Assembly: GCA_028534125.1 (NCBI GenBank)
Contig: CM052822.1
Span: 78,120,001-78,184,000, forward strand
Source of the DNA: Lama glama
Lineage: Eukaryota
DNA length: 64,000 nucleotides
Reading direction: 5' to 3'
Of the stretch, positions 23,716-36,085 are shown piece by piece. A model generated the notes under the pieces. It worked only from the letters and a program-made list of their open reading frames with translations. It searched no databases and was not told the DNA's origin. Position 1 is the first letter of the stretch. Every line of letters begins with the position of its first letter. Made by a program: the position numbers and the translations under genes.

Positions 23716-26700
23716 TTATATCTGGGTAGGTGGGTTCCGGGGACTCCCCAGCCCTGGGTGGGTGGAGGGGGTCTCAGAACCCTAGGGGCGGAGGACAGGG
23801 AAATCCTCTCCAGGGCGAGAGGGCTGGCCTCCGCGGTGCTGGGGACGTCGTGGGGTCCGGAGACCCCGCGCCAGGCACGGGGCGAGCAGGGGGGACGTGC
23901 CCAGGCCCCGCGCTCGGCCGTAAGGGCACCGGAGCGCCTGGCCCTCGCGGCCAGAACCCGCTGCAGTCATAGGGCCCTGGGACATCGGGGAAGTGAGCGC
24001 GGGCGCTGCGTCTTCGTCGCGGCCCAGCGCAGTGTCTCGCGGGGCGCGGCGGGGAGGGCTCAGTTCTGACGGCCGCTGCGGCCGCGCCTCCATTCGCCGC
24101 CGGCCTGGGGTCGGCCAGGCACATGGGCGGCGGGGCTCGCGGGTCCGGGGACGGCGCGCCGCCTCTGGGAGCGCTCGGCCGGCTGACACGCGCCAACTCC
24201 CAACCCGCGGCGACGCGCCAAGAGGCTCCGGGAGCCCACGAGCAGCCTGGCCTTGAGCGCTGCAGCCCGGGCCAGTCCCGAAGACGCGGCCTCCGCGGCC
24301 ACCCTCCCTGCCCCTCTCGCTTTCCTCGCCCTCTATCACCAGGAGCCACAACGAGGTGTGAGGACCCTGTTCGGATCGGATGGGCGGGGGCCCGAGGGGC
24401 AGCCCGGTCCAGTCCCTCAGTCACCAAGGTGGTGCGGACCCCGCGCGGCCACCCTGGCTCTACAGTAGCGCGAGGAGGACCCTGGCCACGTCGTCCAGAG
24501 CCGCTGGGGCGGCCAGAGGGTCGCAGACCCCAGGGAAAGCAGGAACACAGACGGGGTGCGGCTCAAGCCAGGCGCTGTCTTCCTTCCTTACAAAAATGAT
24601 ATGGTACGTTAAACAAGACAGTAAATACATAATAAGTAAATAAATGCATTAACTTATTTTGCTAGTTTTTCAGATGTCCCAAAGGGTTTCTCTTCCAACA
24701 TCAAAGCAGCACATTCCTGATTTAATCTGAATTTAGTGACCTACGTGTCTCTAAGGCTTTCAGAAGGGCTGGGTGGGGTGGTGGGGGCACAATTTAAGTT
24801 TGCTTGTGGTCACTTTTTAAATAGTTAGATGGGCCTTAAACACTTCATGCAGGTTTTCAGAAGCAGGAAAGTCCATTTTCTCACTCACACCTTGCGGCAC
24901 ACCACACAGTACACTCTTTGTGGCACCAACGTCTTGTCTTCTTAAAGTCACCCCAGCCCTCTCTCCCCACCCTCCCTGAGCGACGCCTGGCTGCGGCATC
25001 CTCACTGCGGGAGTGTGAAGATGAACGGGCACCAGGGGATTCGTTAAGAGAATGTATTCGTGTTTTAGGTGCTGGCCTTTGGAGTCTGTTTCAGAAACTG
25101 ATAAGTTAATCCACCAGATTTTCATTCTGTTTCCCTTTATTTTTAAATCCTTTCTTATATCCAGGGCTGGAAAAATGGATCTGGCTTTTAACTCTTGAAA
25201 ATACTTTAGTAGGAAAGTGTTCTGACAATAAGGTAAGGCTAAGTCCAGCTACTACCTTGTGGGATGAATGATGATGTTGGGGTTTTTGTTTTTTTTTTTG
25301 TCATGAGAGCTTAGACTTCATTTAATAATACATTTCAATTTACAATTTCCACGACATTTTCAGAGAAAACTTAAACATGAGGCAAAATGGTTTTGAGAAG
25401 CATGTCACTTGAAATCATTTATATATGATAATGAGTATATTATTCATATAGGAGTTAGGGTTGTTTAGCTGATGAATAAAAAAGTATGTAAAATTCACCA
25501 AGACCTACAAAATATCTAAACAATATAAGTAGTTTAAAATGATCTGTTGATCTTACAAAGGCTTCTTTTAAAGCGAAGTTCATGTTTGTTATGTGCAAAA
25601 CCTAATGTTCTGTGATAAGAACCTCATTTTCAATTTAGGGAACAGCATACTGTTATAGATCACATGTCTAAGTGATTAGAATAAATTTCCAATGAATTAA
25701 ATTATCAAAGACAATGTATTTTAAAACAAAAGAGAGAAAGACTGTCATGGGAAACAGAGTTATCATAAAGCAAAACAACACCTACTTCAGGAACTTGAAA
25801 TATTGTGGTGAGGCAGAAAGTGGTAAAAACACCTTCTGGGATACTTGCTTGATTTCAGAAAACTTAAATCAATTTGGTTTTAAAAAAGAAAACAATAATT
25901 TATAACAATGTCACACAAATTATATTTAAAATAATTTGATTTGTAAATCCACTTATAAAAATGATTTTAAATTATAAAAATGGAATTTGATCCTTTTGAA
26001 TATTGTAGGTATGTGTATATTGTATTTTCTTATATATATAATGTTAAAGAAAATAACATTTTAATCAATGAGTGGATTTTGAAAAGCAAGATGTTTTAAT
26101 TGGTCAGTCTTGTAGAGAAACAGTACCGGCACAGAGATAATTTTCTAGAAAGGATGCTGGCACAGGTCAGTGAGGATGACTCTGAACTGAACTTCGTTAC
26201 TGTCAGCAGCAGTTGTTTCAAGGACAATATTTGGAGGCGCATTTGATACTAATGACAAGTCTTTATTTATAGTGACACAAGATAAGCCTATTGCAATGGG
26301 GGTGGTGGTGCTACATTTTAGTAGATTCCTCACCAGTCCCCCTTGCATATTGGAAGCAGGACAGTGGAATTCACCAACTGGGGAGACTCTTTAGCAATTT
26401 TAAGATATTACTATAAAATCTTTAAAATTGAGAAGAATGGAGAAATAATGAAACTTTTGGTTCAAATAATTTATTTCAAGAAAAAGATGAGTTATTTACT
26501 CAAAACTGAAAAAAACAAGTTTTTCTTGTTTGTTTTGAAATAAAATGACCAACATAATCCAGCCTCCATTACTAGTTGTCATGTTGGCTTATTTTCAGAT
26601 TGATCAAGAACTTCTGAAATACAAAAATAGGAACTCTGTTATGAAGTGGAGTTACTACCCCCTCCAAGGCTTGCCATGAAACCGCTGTATCAAAAACAAA

Positions 26701-27924
26701 AGATGGACTTCAGTAAGAATTTATGACTGAAGGGCTGGTTAACAGATAAGCAAAAATTATTTTAGACTTTCTTTTTCAAACTTTGAAGTTACAATTCCTG
26801 TAAGGACAAGAAAAAGCCTCCAGGCCTAATTATCGCTATTATTAGTCTGTCCATTAGAAGCAGCGTTCTGAAAAGCTCTCCCCAGGGACAGGTGTTTACC
26901 CAGAACCGTCTCCCTCAGGTTAATTTGGTCCTCATTCTCTAGGTGCTAGCATCTAGAAGACACATTACTTTCAATTTACTTCTTTGTAAAAATCTAACCT
27001 TTTATTAGTATAAAATACCAGTATTTTACAAAATACTGCCATAGAATAAATACTTAATAGTTGAAGTTTAGCATAGTGTATATATTGTACGTTCATGACT
27101 AGATTTTAATCTTCTTTACAAAATTGAGCTAAAATTCCTTAGAGTGAAGGTTTGTAAAAAAGACTTACTGCCACGTGAACAAGAATCTAACTTTTTTGCA
27201 AATGGCCAAATCATGCCGTCATCTTTAGGTGAAAGGAGACGACATAGCGCTGTCAAGAATACACAGGTCCTCCCTCTTCTTCAGTGAAAGGCCGTTTCCC
27301 TTACGTCGGTGGTTACATACTACAGGCCCACCATCATTGCTTGGAAACCGTTTTCCCCATAAATTGCTTTGGAATTAAAGGAGAAAGACAATCCAAGCAA
27401 ACGTGTGCGTCATGATCACACATCTCAGCTCTGCTGTCGGCACAGACTGTTAGGGAAACCTGGACGTGTGCTTTAACGTATGAAAACAGGCTCCCATTAA
27501 GTGCAAAACAGCGACAGCCTGACGAGTTTGGCTTAGTACCTGGAGTCTATGCAGAGCAGTCACCGTAAAGTGATACATCCCGATTTCAGGCTGCAAACAC
27601 GTGTGCAGGCGTTGAGATCTAATGGGGACAAAAATTCTGGAAGCAGCCAGTTGCCTGTCATTCTGACACAACACGGAGGAATCCCAGAAGGTTCAGGGCC
27701 AGCTATCATTCTGAAAAACTCAGTAATGGCTCTTCAGAATTCCACATGAATTCGCCCAGAGCAGCCAAATAGCCAGCTGAATAAAACATACCTGAATCTT
27801 CTCTGTGGACGCAGCATGACGTGTGTGCACTGGCATTTTAGCAAGTGTGGTGCAAAGTGAGCCTGTCATCTGACACAGGTGCTGGATGTCTGAGACAGCT
27901 GTTAAATTCTTGCAGACATACCCA

Positions 27925-28045
27925 CTACATATATATTGTACACACACACATATATTTCAGGGCATTTACATACACACACACGTATCAGGGCATTTATGTA
28001 CCTCAGGATATAAGTATCAGGGCATATACATATACACGTATATTA
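27925..28045. repeat. Degenerate (TA/CA) microsatellite with a recurring tcagggcat module
   Basis: tcaggg(g)cat recurs about 3 times among CA/TA dinucleotides. Confidence 0.7.
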
Positions 28046-28054
28046 GGATAACTT

Positions 28055-28245
28055 TCTTTTTTTTTTAACATTTTTTATTGATTTATAATCATTTTACAGT
28101 GTTGTGTCAAATTCCAGTGTTCAGCACAATCTTTCAGTCATTCATGGACATATACACACTCATTGTCACTTTTTTTTCTCTGTGATTTATCATAACATTT
28201 TGTGTATATTTCCCTGTGCTATACAGTGTAATCTTGTTTATCTAG
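28055..28245 (-). mobile_element. Young L1 3' end with poly(A), camelid/artiodactyl type
   Basis: Poly-T followed by aacattttttattgatttataatcattttac...tttccctgtgctatacagtgtaatcttgtttatcta, the reverse complement of an L1 3' UTR tail that I recognise from camelid genomes. Confidence 0.8.
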
Positions 28246-29444
28246 GACTTCAGTAAGTCTTCTTTTTTTACTTGTTATTTAACTTATTTACTTTCCAAAT
28301 GCAATTGTTGCAGATCTCAGAAGATGATTTACACTCACTGCTATGGCAGAACGTTGCGGTTAGTAGACCCACCACTGGATCCTCTTAATCAACACGTTCT
28401 TCCAATAATTCAGAGATTACTGTATCACAAATGCCCCTTTCCATATTTTGATATCTGCTTTTCAGTATAATTATCTTCCTTCTTTATTCTCTAAATCTTT
28501 TGTTTTTAAAACATGTTCCTGAGAAGGGGTTCTTTCCTCTTTCAACTCAGGTGCTTTGGGAAACCACCTATTTACTTCATTCATCCTTTTCCCGTTACAT
28601 TTGAAGCTCCCGCTCTGAATTATCTGAAGATGTGCTCAAGTGAAACCGGAAATCTAGTCTTACATTTTCTAACCGTTTTTCACTTCTGCTTCCCCAAAAC
28701 TCTATTACTTAACTAGATTACCCCCATTTCCCTGTCCTGACCACCAAATGGCTCTTGAGTATTTATAAAATAAAACAAACCTTTGAAGAAAGCCCACTTC
28801 CTTCCATTAAGAACAGGTTTTGAAAGGCCATTTCCTAAGAGCAGCGCCCAAAGCGTGGGCCATGACGCACGGCTGGAGAAGCGGTGGCTTCAGGGGACGT
28901 CTCCAGGAAGAAGCAGGGGCACCTGTGGTCTCAGTGGGTTGAGAACAGAAGTTGGTACTTCTCTTCCATTGGGTGTCCTGGTTTCCATGACAACGGTCTC
29001 TCTGTCCTGAATGTCCTTCTTTGGGGTGAGGCTGGAGGCCTTCCCAGCCTTCGTCCTTCTTTGAGGCCACGACTTGGCCCCTGCCTGTGCCAGTGGGGGC
29101 TCGTCCTGGTGTCCCATCTCTGTCCCCTCAGGGCGCTGCCCTCAGCCCTCAGTGTCCTCGCCTCAGCCCCTCGGACCCGCTTCCTTCTCATTAGGAATTC
29201 CACCAGCTCTTCCCCAGACCCACCCATGGTTGCTCCCTTCCCCACAGCCAGCCGAGCCCACAGGGTGCATCCAGAGACCCTCTCCTCCCAGGCCCCCTGC
29301 GCCGGCCGCCAGTACTGGGTCCCCTCGGCTCCTCGCCTGGGCTTTTCCTCCCCATCCCCCTGGACATGGCTCCCCCAGGCTGTCAGCTCAGAGCCCTTCA
29401 ACCCAGCAATGAATCCCTTGCCTTCAGAATAATGGAATGCTCCA

Positions 29445-29650
29445 GCTCTCACACATACGCACACAGCATCACACAGTCACACAGCACCTGCACGCATGGA
29501 TCAGCCATGTCGCACACACACAGTGCTCCACACGTACACACATCACCTCACACACGCGAACAGTTCTCTTGCGCATGCACCTCACACACGTGCACACAGC
29601 CTCTGACACACACCACCTCACACACGTGTGCGTGCTCCTGCACACGTGGA
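29445..29650. repeat. CA-rich low-complexity repeat
   Basis: Degenerate cacacacg/cacacatc array. Confidence 0.8.
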
Positions 29651-29724
29651 GAGGAGGATGCCAGCGTGAGTGCGGCTGCAGTGACAAGTTGCTACCAGCC
29701 CCTGCGCTGTCTCCAGACCCTGCA

Positions 29725-29800
29725 GAGCCCTGGGTTTGCGTCTCACTGTTTCCATTTTCCCAGGTGAGAAAACCAAAGCCGTGAGAGGTGCAGTGAGGGT
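29725..29800 (-). mobile_element. MIR core fragment
   Basis: ccattttcccaggtgagaaaaccaaagccgtgagaggtgcagtga resembles the MIR core cccattttacagatgaggaaactgaggctcagagaggttaagtga. Confidence 0.55.
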
Positions 29801-32800
29801 CCAGGCTGGTCGGGGCTGGAGCCCAGTGAACACACACACCTGCGCACACCTGTGCCGTATTATGGGGGGAACTCGGGTTCCAGCCACAGGCTCCCTGGGG
29901 GCCTAGGCAGCAGCCCACGTGGGGCAGGGTCCCCAGTCTCCAGCAGGTGCTCCCGGCTGCCCCAGAGTAACAGCTCAATAGCAAGGCCTGTCTGGAAAAG
30001 CTGCGGCCCCTCATCCTCGGTCTTCTGTGGAATGAGACGGCGGGCCCCGTACACGCTTTGCCGTTTCCGGAGCCCCAGCGTGCACCCCCTGGGAGTCAGC
30101 GGCGGGGCCACGGTGCTACAACACAACTCCACACGCCTGTCCTCGGCCCTCCCCGACGCTGCCCTTGGCTTCCAGCACCACATCCAGAACCACAGCTGTG
30201 CAGACGGCATCCGGCGCTCCGACCCACCCACACAGACACAGAGTTTTAGGCAAGGAAGGCCCCGGCCCGGGCCACGTGCCACCAGACAGAAAGGCCCGCT
30301 TCAGTCCTCGGGGAGAGACGCCGAGGGCCTGTCCTCTGACCTCCTCACCCCTCTGTGCAAAGCCGCCTTCCTCTGTCCGGTTTCTCCCTCCGTCAGGCGC
30401 GGGGCCAGGCTTCTAGGCCACGTCACCTAACGGTTTCTGACAATGCAGCAGACGCTAGCCCTGCTCACGGTTTCACCTTTTTATCAGTTCTCCACATCCA
30501 TGGATTTTAAAAAGTGATTTTTGTTCAATGATTACCGCAGTCCAGACAAACAGAGGGGGCAGCTGTGCCCCCACTGTCCGCCACGGCTCCCACGGAGTCC
30601 CCACTGGCAGACGGGGACCCGGCATCCACAGGGAGCCTGGGGGCCTTCCTCCCTCCAGTCACCCAAACAGCTGTCCTCGAGTGTCGCCGTTTTGAAACAG
30701 GACAGGTCCGCGGAGGGGACTGGCGCTGGGCTCTTTGTGGAAAGCCTTAAATAAAATCTGAAAGAAAAGAGGAAGACCGCATCCCAGGAAGTTCGGAAAA
30801 TGGGGGAACGGAAACTACTCGTAAGCCCAGCCTCTGGCCGAGCGACCGGAGTAAAGGTGGGCGTGCCGACTCCAGCTGCCGCCGCGGCGGGCGGCCTGCC
30901 GGCGGCCCGGACCTGCTGACCCTAGTCTGGCGGGTGAAGTACGGCCAAGTGAGGGGAGGCCCTCCAGGGACGAGGTTACGGAAGCCAGCCGGCACGTGCC
31001 TCCGGGGCCGGGGGCCGCCGCAGCGGGCACAGAGAGTCCCGGGGGCCCGGCTCGCGACGTGGGGCGGACACCGTGCTCGCTGTCCTCGGTTGCGGGGCTC
31101 GGGGAGACTGTTCTGCAGTGAAGGGCAGCAGTGGAGTCGGGATGATCTGAGAGCAAAGTCCAGCTGCTCCCACCCACGGCCTGGGGGAGGCCGGACTGGG
31201 AGTGCCCCAGACGGACGTGCCTCAGAGGCCCATCCACTTATCCCAGCTGAGAAAGCCGGCTCTCAGTGAGTCCTGGCCCACGTGGGCAGGTGTCCTGGGA
31301 GGTCAGCCCTCTGTCACTGCCCGACGCCGCAGCAGAGCTCGTGCCTGCCTACCTGCCACACGGGCTGCAGGGCTCTGGGCTGCACGGCTCCGGGCGCAGG
31401 GCTCCAGGCGCAGGGCTTCAGGGTGCTGTTACAGCCACAGGAAGAGGCCCAACTGGCCACCGACTCCCCTCCCAACAGCAGGCACCAGAAGAGCTGCTGA
31501 CCAGAACCATCTCGCAGGTCACTTTTCCCGTAACCGTAACGCCGGCGTAGTTGACCCAGTGACCGTTCTGAAAGCACCTTCATGACGGGGTCCAGGGTCC
31601 TCTGAGGAGCTCACCTGATGTTCAGCCAAATGGTGCTGTGACTCCCACCTGGAATTCCTCCACGCCGTCCCACGTGGGCTTCAGGCGACCAGGCTGGTCA
31701 CTTCTCTACTGTTTCAGAGCCAAGCACTGGGAAGCCCCTCTCGTTCCTCTCGCATCCCTGGGGGCCCGGGGGGGAACTCCGTGTGGTGGTTCAGAGAAAG
31801 GATTCCAGCCCTGTTTCTGCTGCTTCCTGACTCTGACCTCAGCAAGGGCTCAGCGGTTTGGTGCCACGCTTTCCCTGTCTGCAGGTGGGGACGGCTGGTC
31901 CTCACCTCCTGGGCCCACGGGGAGGATCAGAGTAGAGGTCCAGCCCATGGAGGGCGTGGGGAAGAGCACTGGGGCCCTTGCTGCTTGTTGTATGTTACCT
32001 CTGCCCTGTGGCTCCACCTTCACGTCCACAGAAGCAAATGGAAATTCTGTTTTCAGACAAACGGTGACGCTGTAATTTAAAGGGGTTGTAATTTGGTAAT
32101 AAAAACACGAAGAGGAAAAATTACGTGCAGTGAAAGAAGTGCCACAGTTTGATCTGGGAGTGAAGGACCCCTCCCCACCGCGGGGAGTGACCCCACTCCC
32201 CTAGCCCTCCTGGTCCGGCAGCTTCTCTTCTAGGGCCATTCGGGGGGGGGTCTCAGATCGTCCGTTTCTCTGCTTGTTAGGACCTCGTGGGAAAGCCCAG
32301 GACGAGGCAGAATTTGGAATCTAGTGCCCGGTGGTGGTTTGCCTTCACTGGGGTGTACCGTATCCACCCCATCATTCTTGCGGCTTCCAAAGTTACCTGC
32401 CTGCTGTCGTAAGAGCAGCTCTTCCCGCCGGGAACCTGCTGTGACCTTTCTTGGAAGCCACTAACCCATGCCCGCACCCCAGCCCACCTGCCTTGTATGA
32501 GGCTACTTCCTTAGAATCAGCAACAGTTGGTGAGGTTGGAACTGTCATCCCCTCCATCTGCCAGATGGGAGATGAGCCAGTGCAGCCAGTCCCTTACGGA
32601 GGTGCCGAGGGCGGGACCTACCTGAGGGCAGGACACCAGGGCTTTCTCCGTGTGTCCCGCATGGCGAGCGGGGAGCGCCTGGCAGGAGGTGGACCTGCCC
32701 CAGGAACTCGAGGGTCTCCTGAGGTCCGGACCGGCCCGGGACGTGGCGCCAGCACTCAGGACGGCAGGGTGTGTCTCACCGACGGCACTGGGTACCGCAG

Positions 32801-32896
32801 GGCGTCTGAAACAGTTGTGGACGGGACAGCGTCCAGTGACAGTGACAGTGACCGTGAACAGCTGCGTGTAGGGAGAACCAGGAGAGGCTCCGGCCT

Positions 32897-33050
32897 GTGG
32901 GCTCGGTTACAGCAGCGCCCCCCCACCCCGTGCGCTCGGTTACGGCAGCACCCCCCCACCGTGCGCTCGGTTACAGCAGCGCCCCCCACCGTGCGCTCGG
33001 TTACAGCAGCGCCCCCCACCCCCGTGCGCTCGGTTACAGCAGCGGCCCCC
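32897..33050. repeat. Minisatellite, 30-33-bp unit, 5 copies
   Basis: The gctcggttacRgcagc core recurs at 32901, 32934, 32965, 32995 and 33028, separated by C-runs of variable length. Confidence 0.93.
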
Positions 33051-35720
33051 CCGCCCCCCCGCAGGGCCAGGCTGCCGAGATCCTCCTGCAGCTTCGGAAA
33101 CACAGTACCAGGTTCTTGAAGATGAAGTCCTCGTGGCTATCCCACTCAGCAAATGCCACCGCAGAGGTGGGAAAGCCGCGGTCCCTAGGAAACCGGCATC
33201 TCTTCCGTAGAAGCCAAGGGGATGGCAGATGGTGACAACCGAGGGACGGTCCCCGGGCTCTGTGGTGGCGGGGGGCGGTGGCCATCTGATGGGCACCTTC
33301 CACTTGGAAGCAGGCCTCTCTCCCACATGCTGTGCGAGCAACACGGCTCTCCTTCAGTTCCCACCTCGTTCCTCCAGCAGGTGAGGCGTCCCGTCCTGCC
33401 CCTGAGAGCACCGTCTGCTTTCGGAGGCGTCTCCCTCCACGTTCGCCCGTGTCCCCTCTGTCCATGGGGGCCTTCTCAGGGGCTCATCAGGGAAGGCGCT
33501 GTGGCTGAAGGTGGAACAGCCCCAGCTGGAAGGCGGCAGCTCTCTGCTGAGCCAGGAAAGCGTCATCATCTCCAGGTCCTGCCTGCAAGGACCGTGTCTG
33601 GGCAGGACCCACTGTGCCTGGATCTCTGTGAAACTGCACAAGCACGGCCAGAAGTGAGCTCCCCTTTCCACATCTTAGAGTGATTTTGGCTTCGACACCT
33701 AAAATCAGCCATGAAGGTGCCTGTGATGGATCACGCTCTCTGTGGGACTCCCAGGGGCGTGAACCAATGAGTGCCGTGGATTCGCCCCAGGTAGGTAACC
33801 TTTGTACCTTACGTCAGACGTAGCGCAGATCACAGTCGCAGCTCAGTGACAGACCAGGTGGGCTCAAGGCAAATTGTCGTTAACAGCTGGACATGCCCTT
33901 CCATTCGTTTTCTCCGCCAGAGCCCGGCTATCCCGCAGGGTCCCAATAGAGGTTGGTGGTCCCCTGAGAACCGGTACCCTGTTCAGGGCGATGAGAGGCC
34001 ACCTGGGGCTGGATGCTCAGACTGAGCCTGGCAGCATCACCTGTGTTCCACGTCCTCTGACGGGAGGGAGGCCACCTGCCCAAGGGCGGAGCTGCCTGGA
34101 GCCGGGCGCCGCTCCGGACGGAGCCAGGCCTGTTTGCTGGGGCCACGTGGTGTGTTCACAGGGGTTCCCCGGTGGGAGAAGGTGAGCCCAGGAGTTAGAC
34201 ATTCTGTACGAAATCTCCTAACCGGCGTACAGTTTGGAAGACACTGTTTAATTTTATTTCCAAGAAAATTACAAAGATGATTTGACCTTTGACTAAGCTT
34301 TCAGCCCCTCTCCTCCTGCAAGTCAGTAAAAGCACGTTTGAGAGATGGAAGGCAGGGTGCTGGGTTGGGAAACTCTCTGTGACAGACTCGACAGCTTGAC
34401 TTCTCAGAGACGTGGGAGGCGCGGTGACAGGAGGGCAGGGCCCCTCTCTCCCCTCCGCACGGGCATCTCGCTGGCGGCCTCCCAGCACCAGTCCGACCTC
34501 TGCTCCCTCAGGGTCTTCATCCACAGCGGTGCAGCCCCGGGCCGGGGAGCCGAGGGTCTCACATACCTGCTCCGGGAGTCAAGCGGCATCTCCTCTTATT
34601 GGACGCACCGTGACTGCCTGCTCTTCGAAAGTCCCAGGGGCAGATCACAGCCCTGTCCCTAACTGAGCTGGGGCATCCTGAGAAGCTGGAATTCAAGGGG
34701 GGGAAATGAAAACCTAGAGGGGAAAATCACCATAAATCAACAAGGAACAGTCCGGCAAGGCAGGCTCGCCTGGGGTGCATGGCCTCGGGGGGCCGGGCCC
34801 TGGGCAGCCTCTCCAACTCGGGAGTCAGGGCTGGACCAGCCCCACCAGGAGGTCACGTCAGGAGAGGAGGCCGGCAGGGGTTACCTGCCCGGCAAGCCCC
34901 AGGCTCCCAGAGGAGACCCAGGGGGGAGAGGGCTGAGATCCTGGGCGGGCAGCGCCTGTCGGCCCCTCCCGCGGCCTCACGGCCCCTGTGACCCTGCCAT
35001 CTCTGACGAAGAGCCCTCCCGTCCCGCCCAGGCGAGCCTGCCCCATCGGATGAGGGCTGTCCTGGGGCAGCTGCTCTCCCTGGAGAGGCCCGAACCCGGG
35101 ACGTCTGCCCCTGCGGCTGAAACGAGGCTCTCTTCTTGTGATTCTCCTCCCTGGGGAGCACTGACATGCCGGCCCCTGCCTCTGACCTGACAGTGCCGGC
35201 CAGCCCCTCCCCGCCCCCTCCTCTGGCCTCGCCTGCAGGCCCCTCTGTTCTGCTCTTGTTGGCTCCGACTCTCCGCAGGCTGCATGGGGGCAGAGCCTAG
35301 AGCTGAGGGCTGCCCCACGGAGGAGGCCAGGCCAGTGAGCCCTGGCCGCGGTCCCCTTCCCGGACGCCGCAGTCCTGTCGGAAGGTGTTCAGGCTACACC
35401 GGTGAGCCCCTCCCTCCTGTGGCCACAGGTTTCCACTTCTTCATTTCGTCACTATTTTAGTGCTCCCGTTCCTTCTAAGAGGTGCCCAAAGGCTCCCTGG
35501 GTGCAGCAGGTGGAAGCCAGGGCTGTGACCCCGCGTTCCCGGCGGCTGAACGGGGCAGGTAGGTGGAGCGGCCAGGCGTAGCGGCAGGAGGAGGCAGGGT
35601 CTGACCCTCTCCCCGCCCACCTGCTTAGCAGGTGCGCCAGGAGGGAAGGTGGGCCTGGAGGTCAAGTCAGACGTCTGAAGGTTCTATACAGAATTTGTTT
35701 TTGAAATTAGTGAGTGAGCT

Positions 35721-36085
35721 GTGACAGGCCGAACTGTGTCCCCCCAAAGTCATATGTTGAAGTTCTGACCCTCAGGACCTCAGAATGTGACTGTTTGAAG
35801 ATGGGGTCCTGGTAGAGGTGATCGGGTTACGGCGTCATCAGGGTGGGTCCATCACCACGTCCTTATGAGAAGGGGAGTCTGTTCACGGGGACGTGCAGAA
35901 GAAGGTGACACACGAGGCTGGAGTGATGATCTTCGAGCCAGGGACCACCAGGGACGCCGGGAGCCCCCAGGGCTGCCCACACGTTGGTTTCCACTTCTGG
36001 CCCGAGACCCACGAGACAATTCCCGTCTGTGGTTTGAAGCTGCGGTCTGTGGTGCTCCGTTACCGCAGCCCCGGGAGATGGACAC
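35721..36085 (+). mobile_element. MaLR solo LTR (MLT1B/C-like)
   Basis: Starts tgtgacaggccgaactgtgtcccccaaag-tcatatgttgaagttctgaccctc...cctcagaatgtgactg; ends gtctgtggtgctccgttaccgcagccccgggagatggacac. Confidence 0.85.

Larger units (their letters stand above)
20700..24560. promoter_or_regulatory. Large intragenic CpG island with promoter-like motifs (boundaries approximate)
   Basis: About 3.8 kb of CpG-dense DNA. Minus-strand CCAAT (ggccaatca, ~22263-22272), minus-strand TATAAATA (23012-23005), several GGGCGG boxes, and CAGATG/TGACAG at ~22520. Ends sharply into AT-rich DNA at ~24600. Confidence 0.8.
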
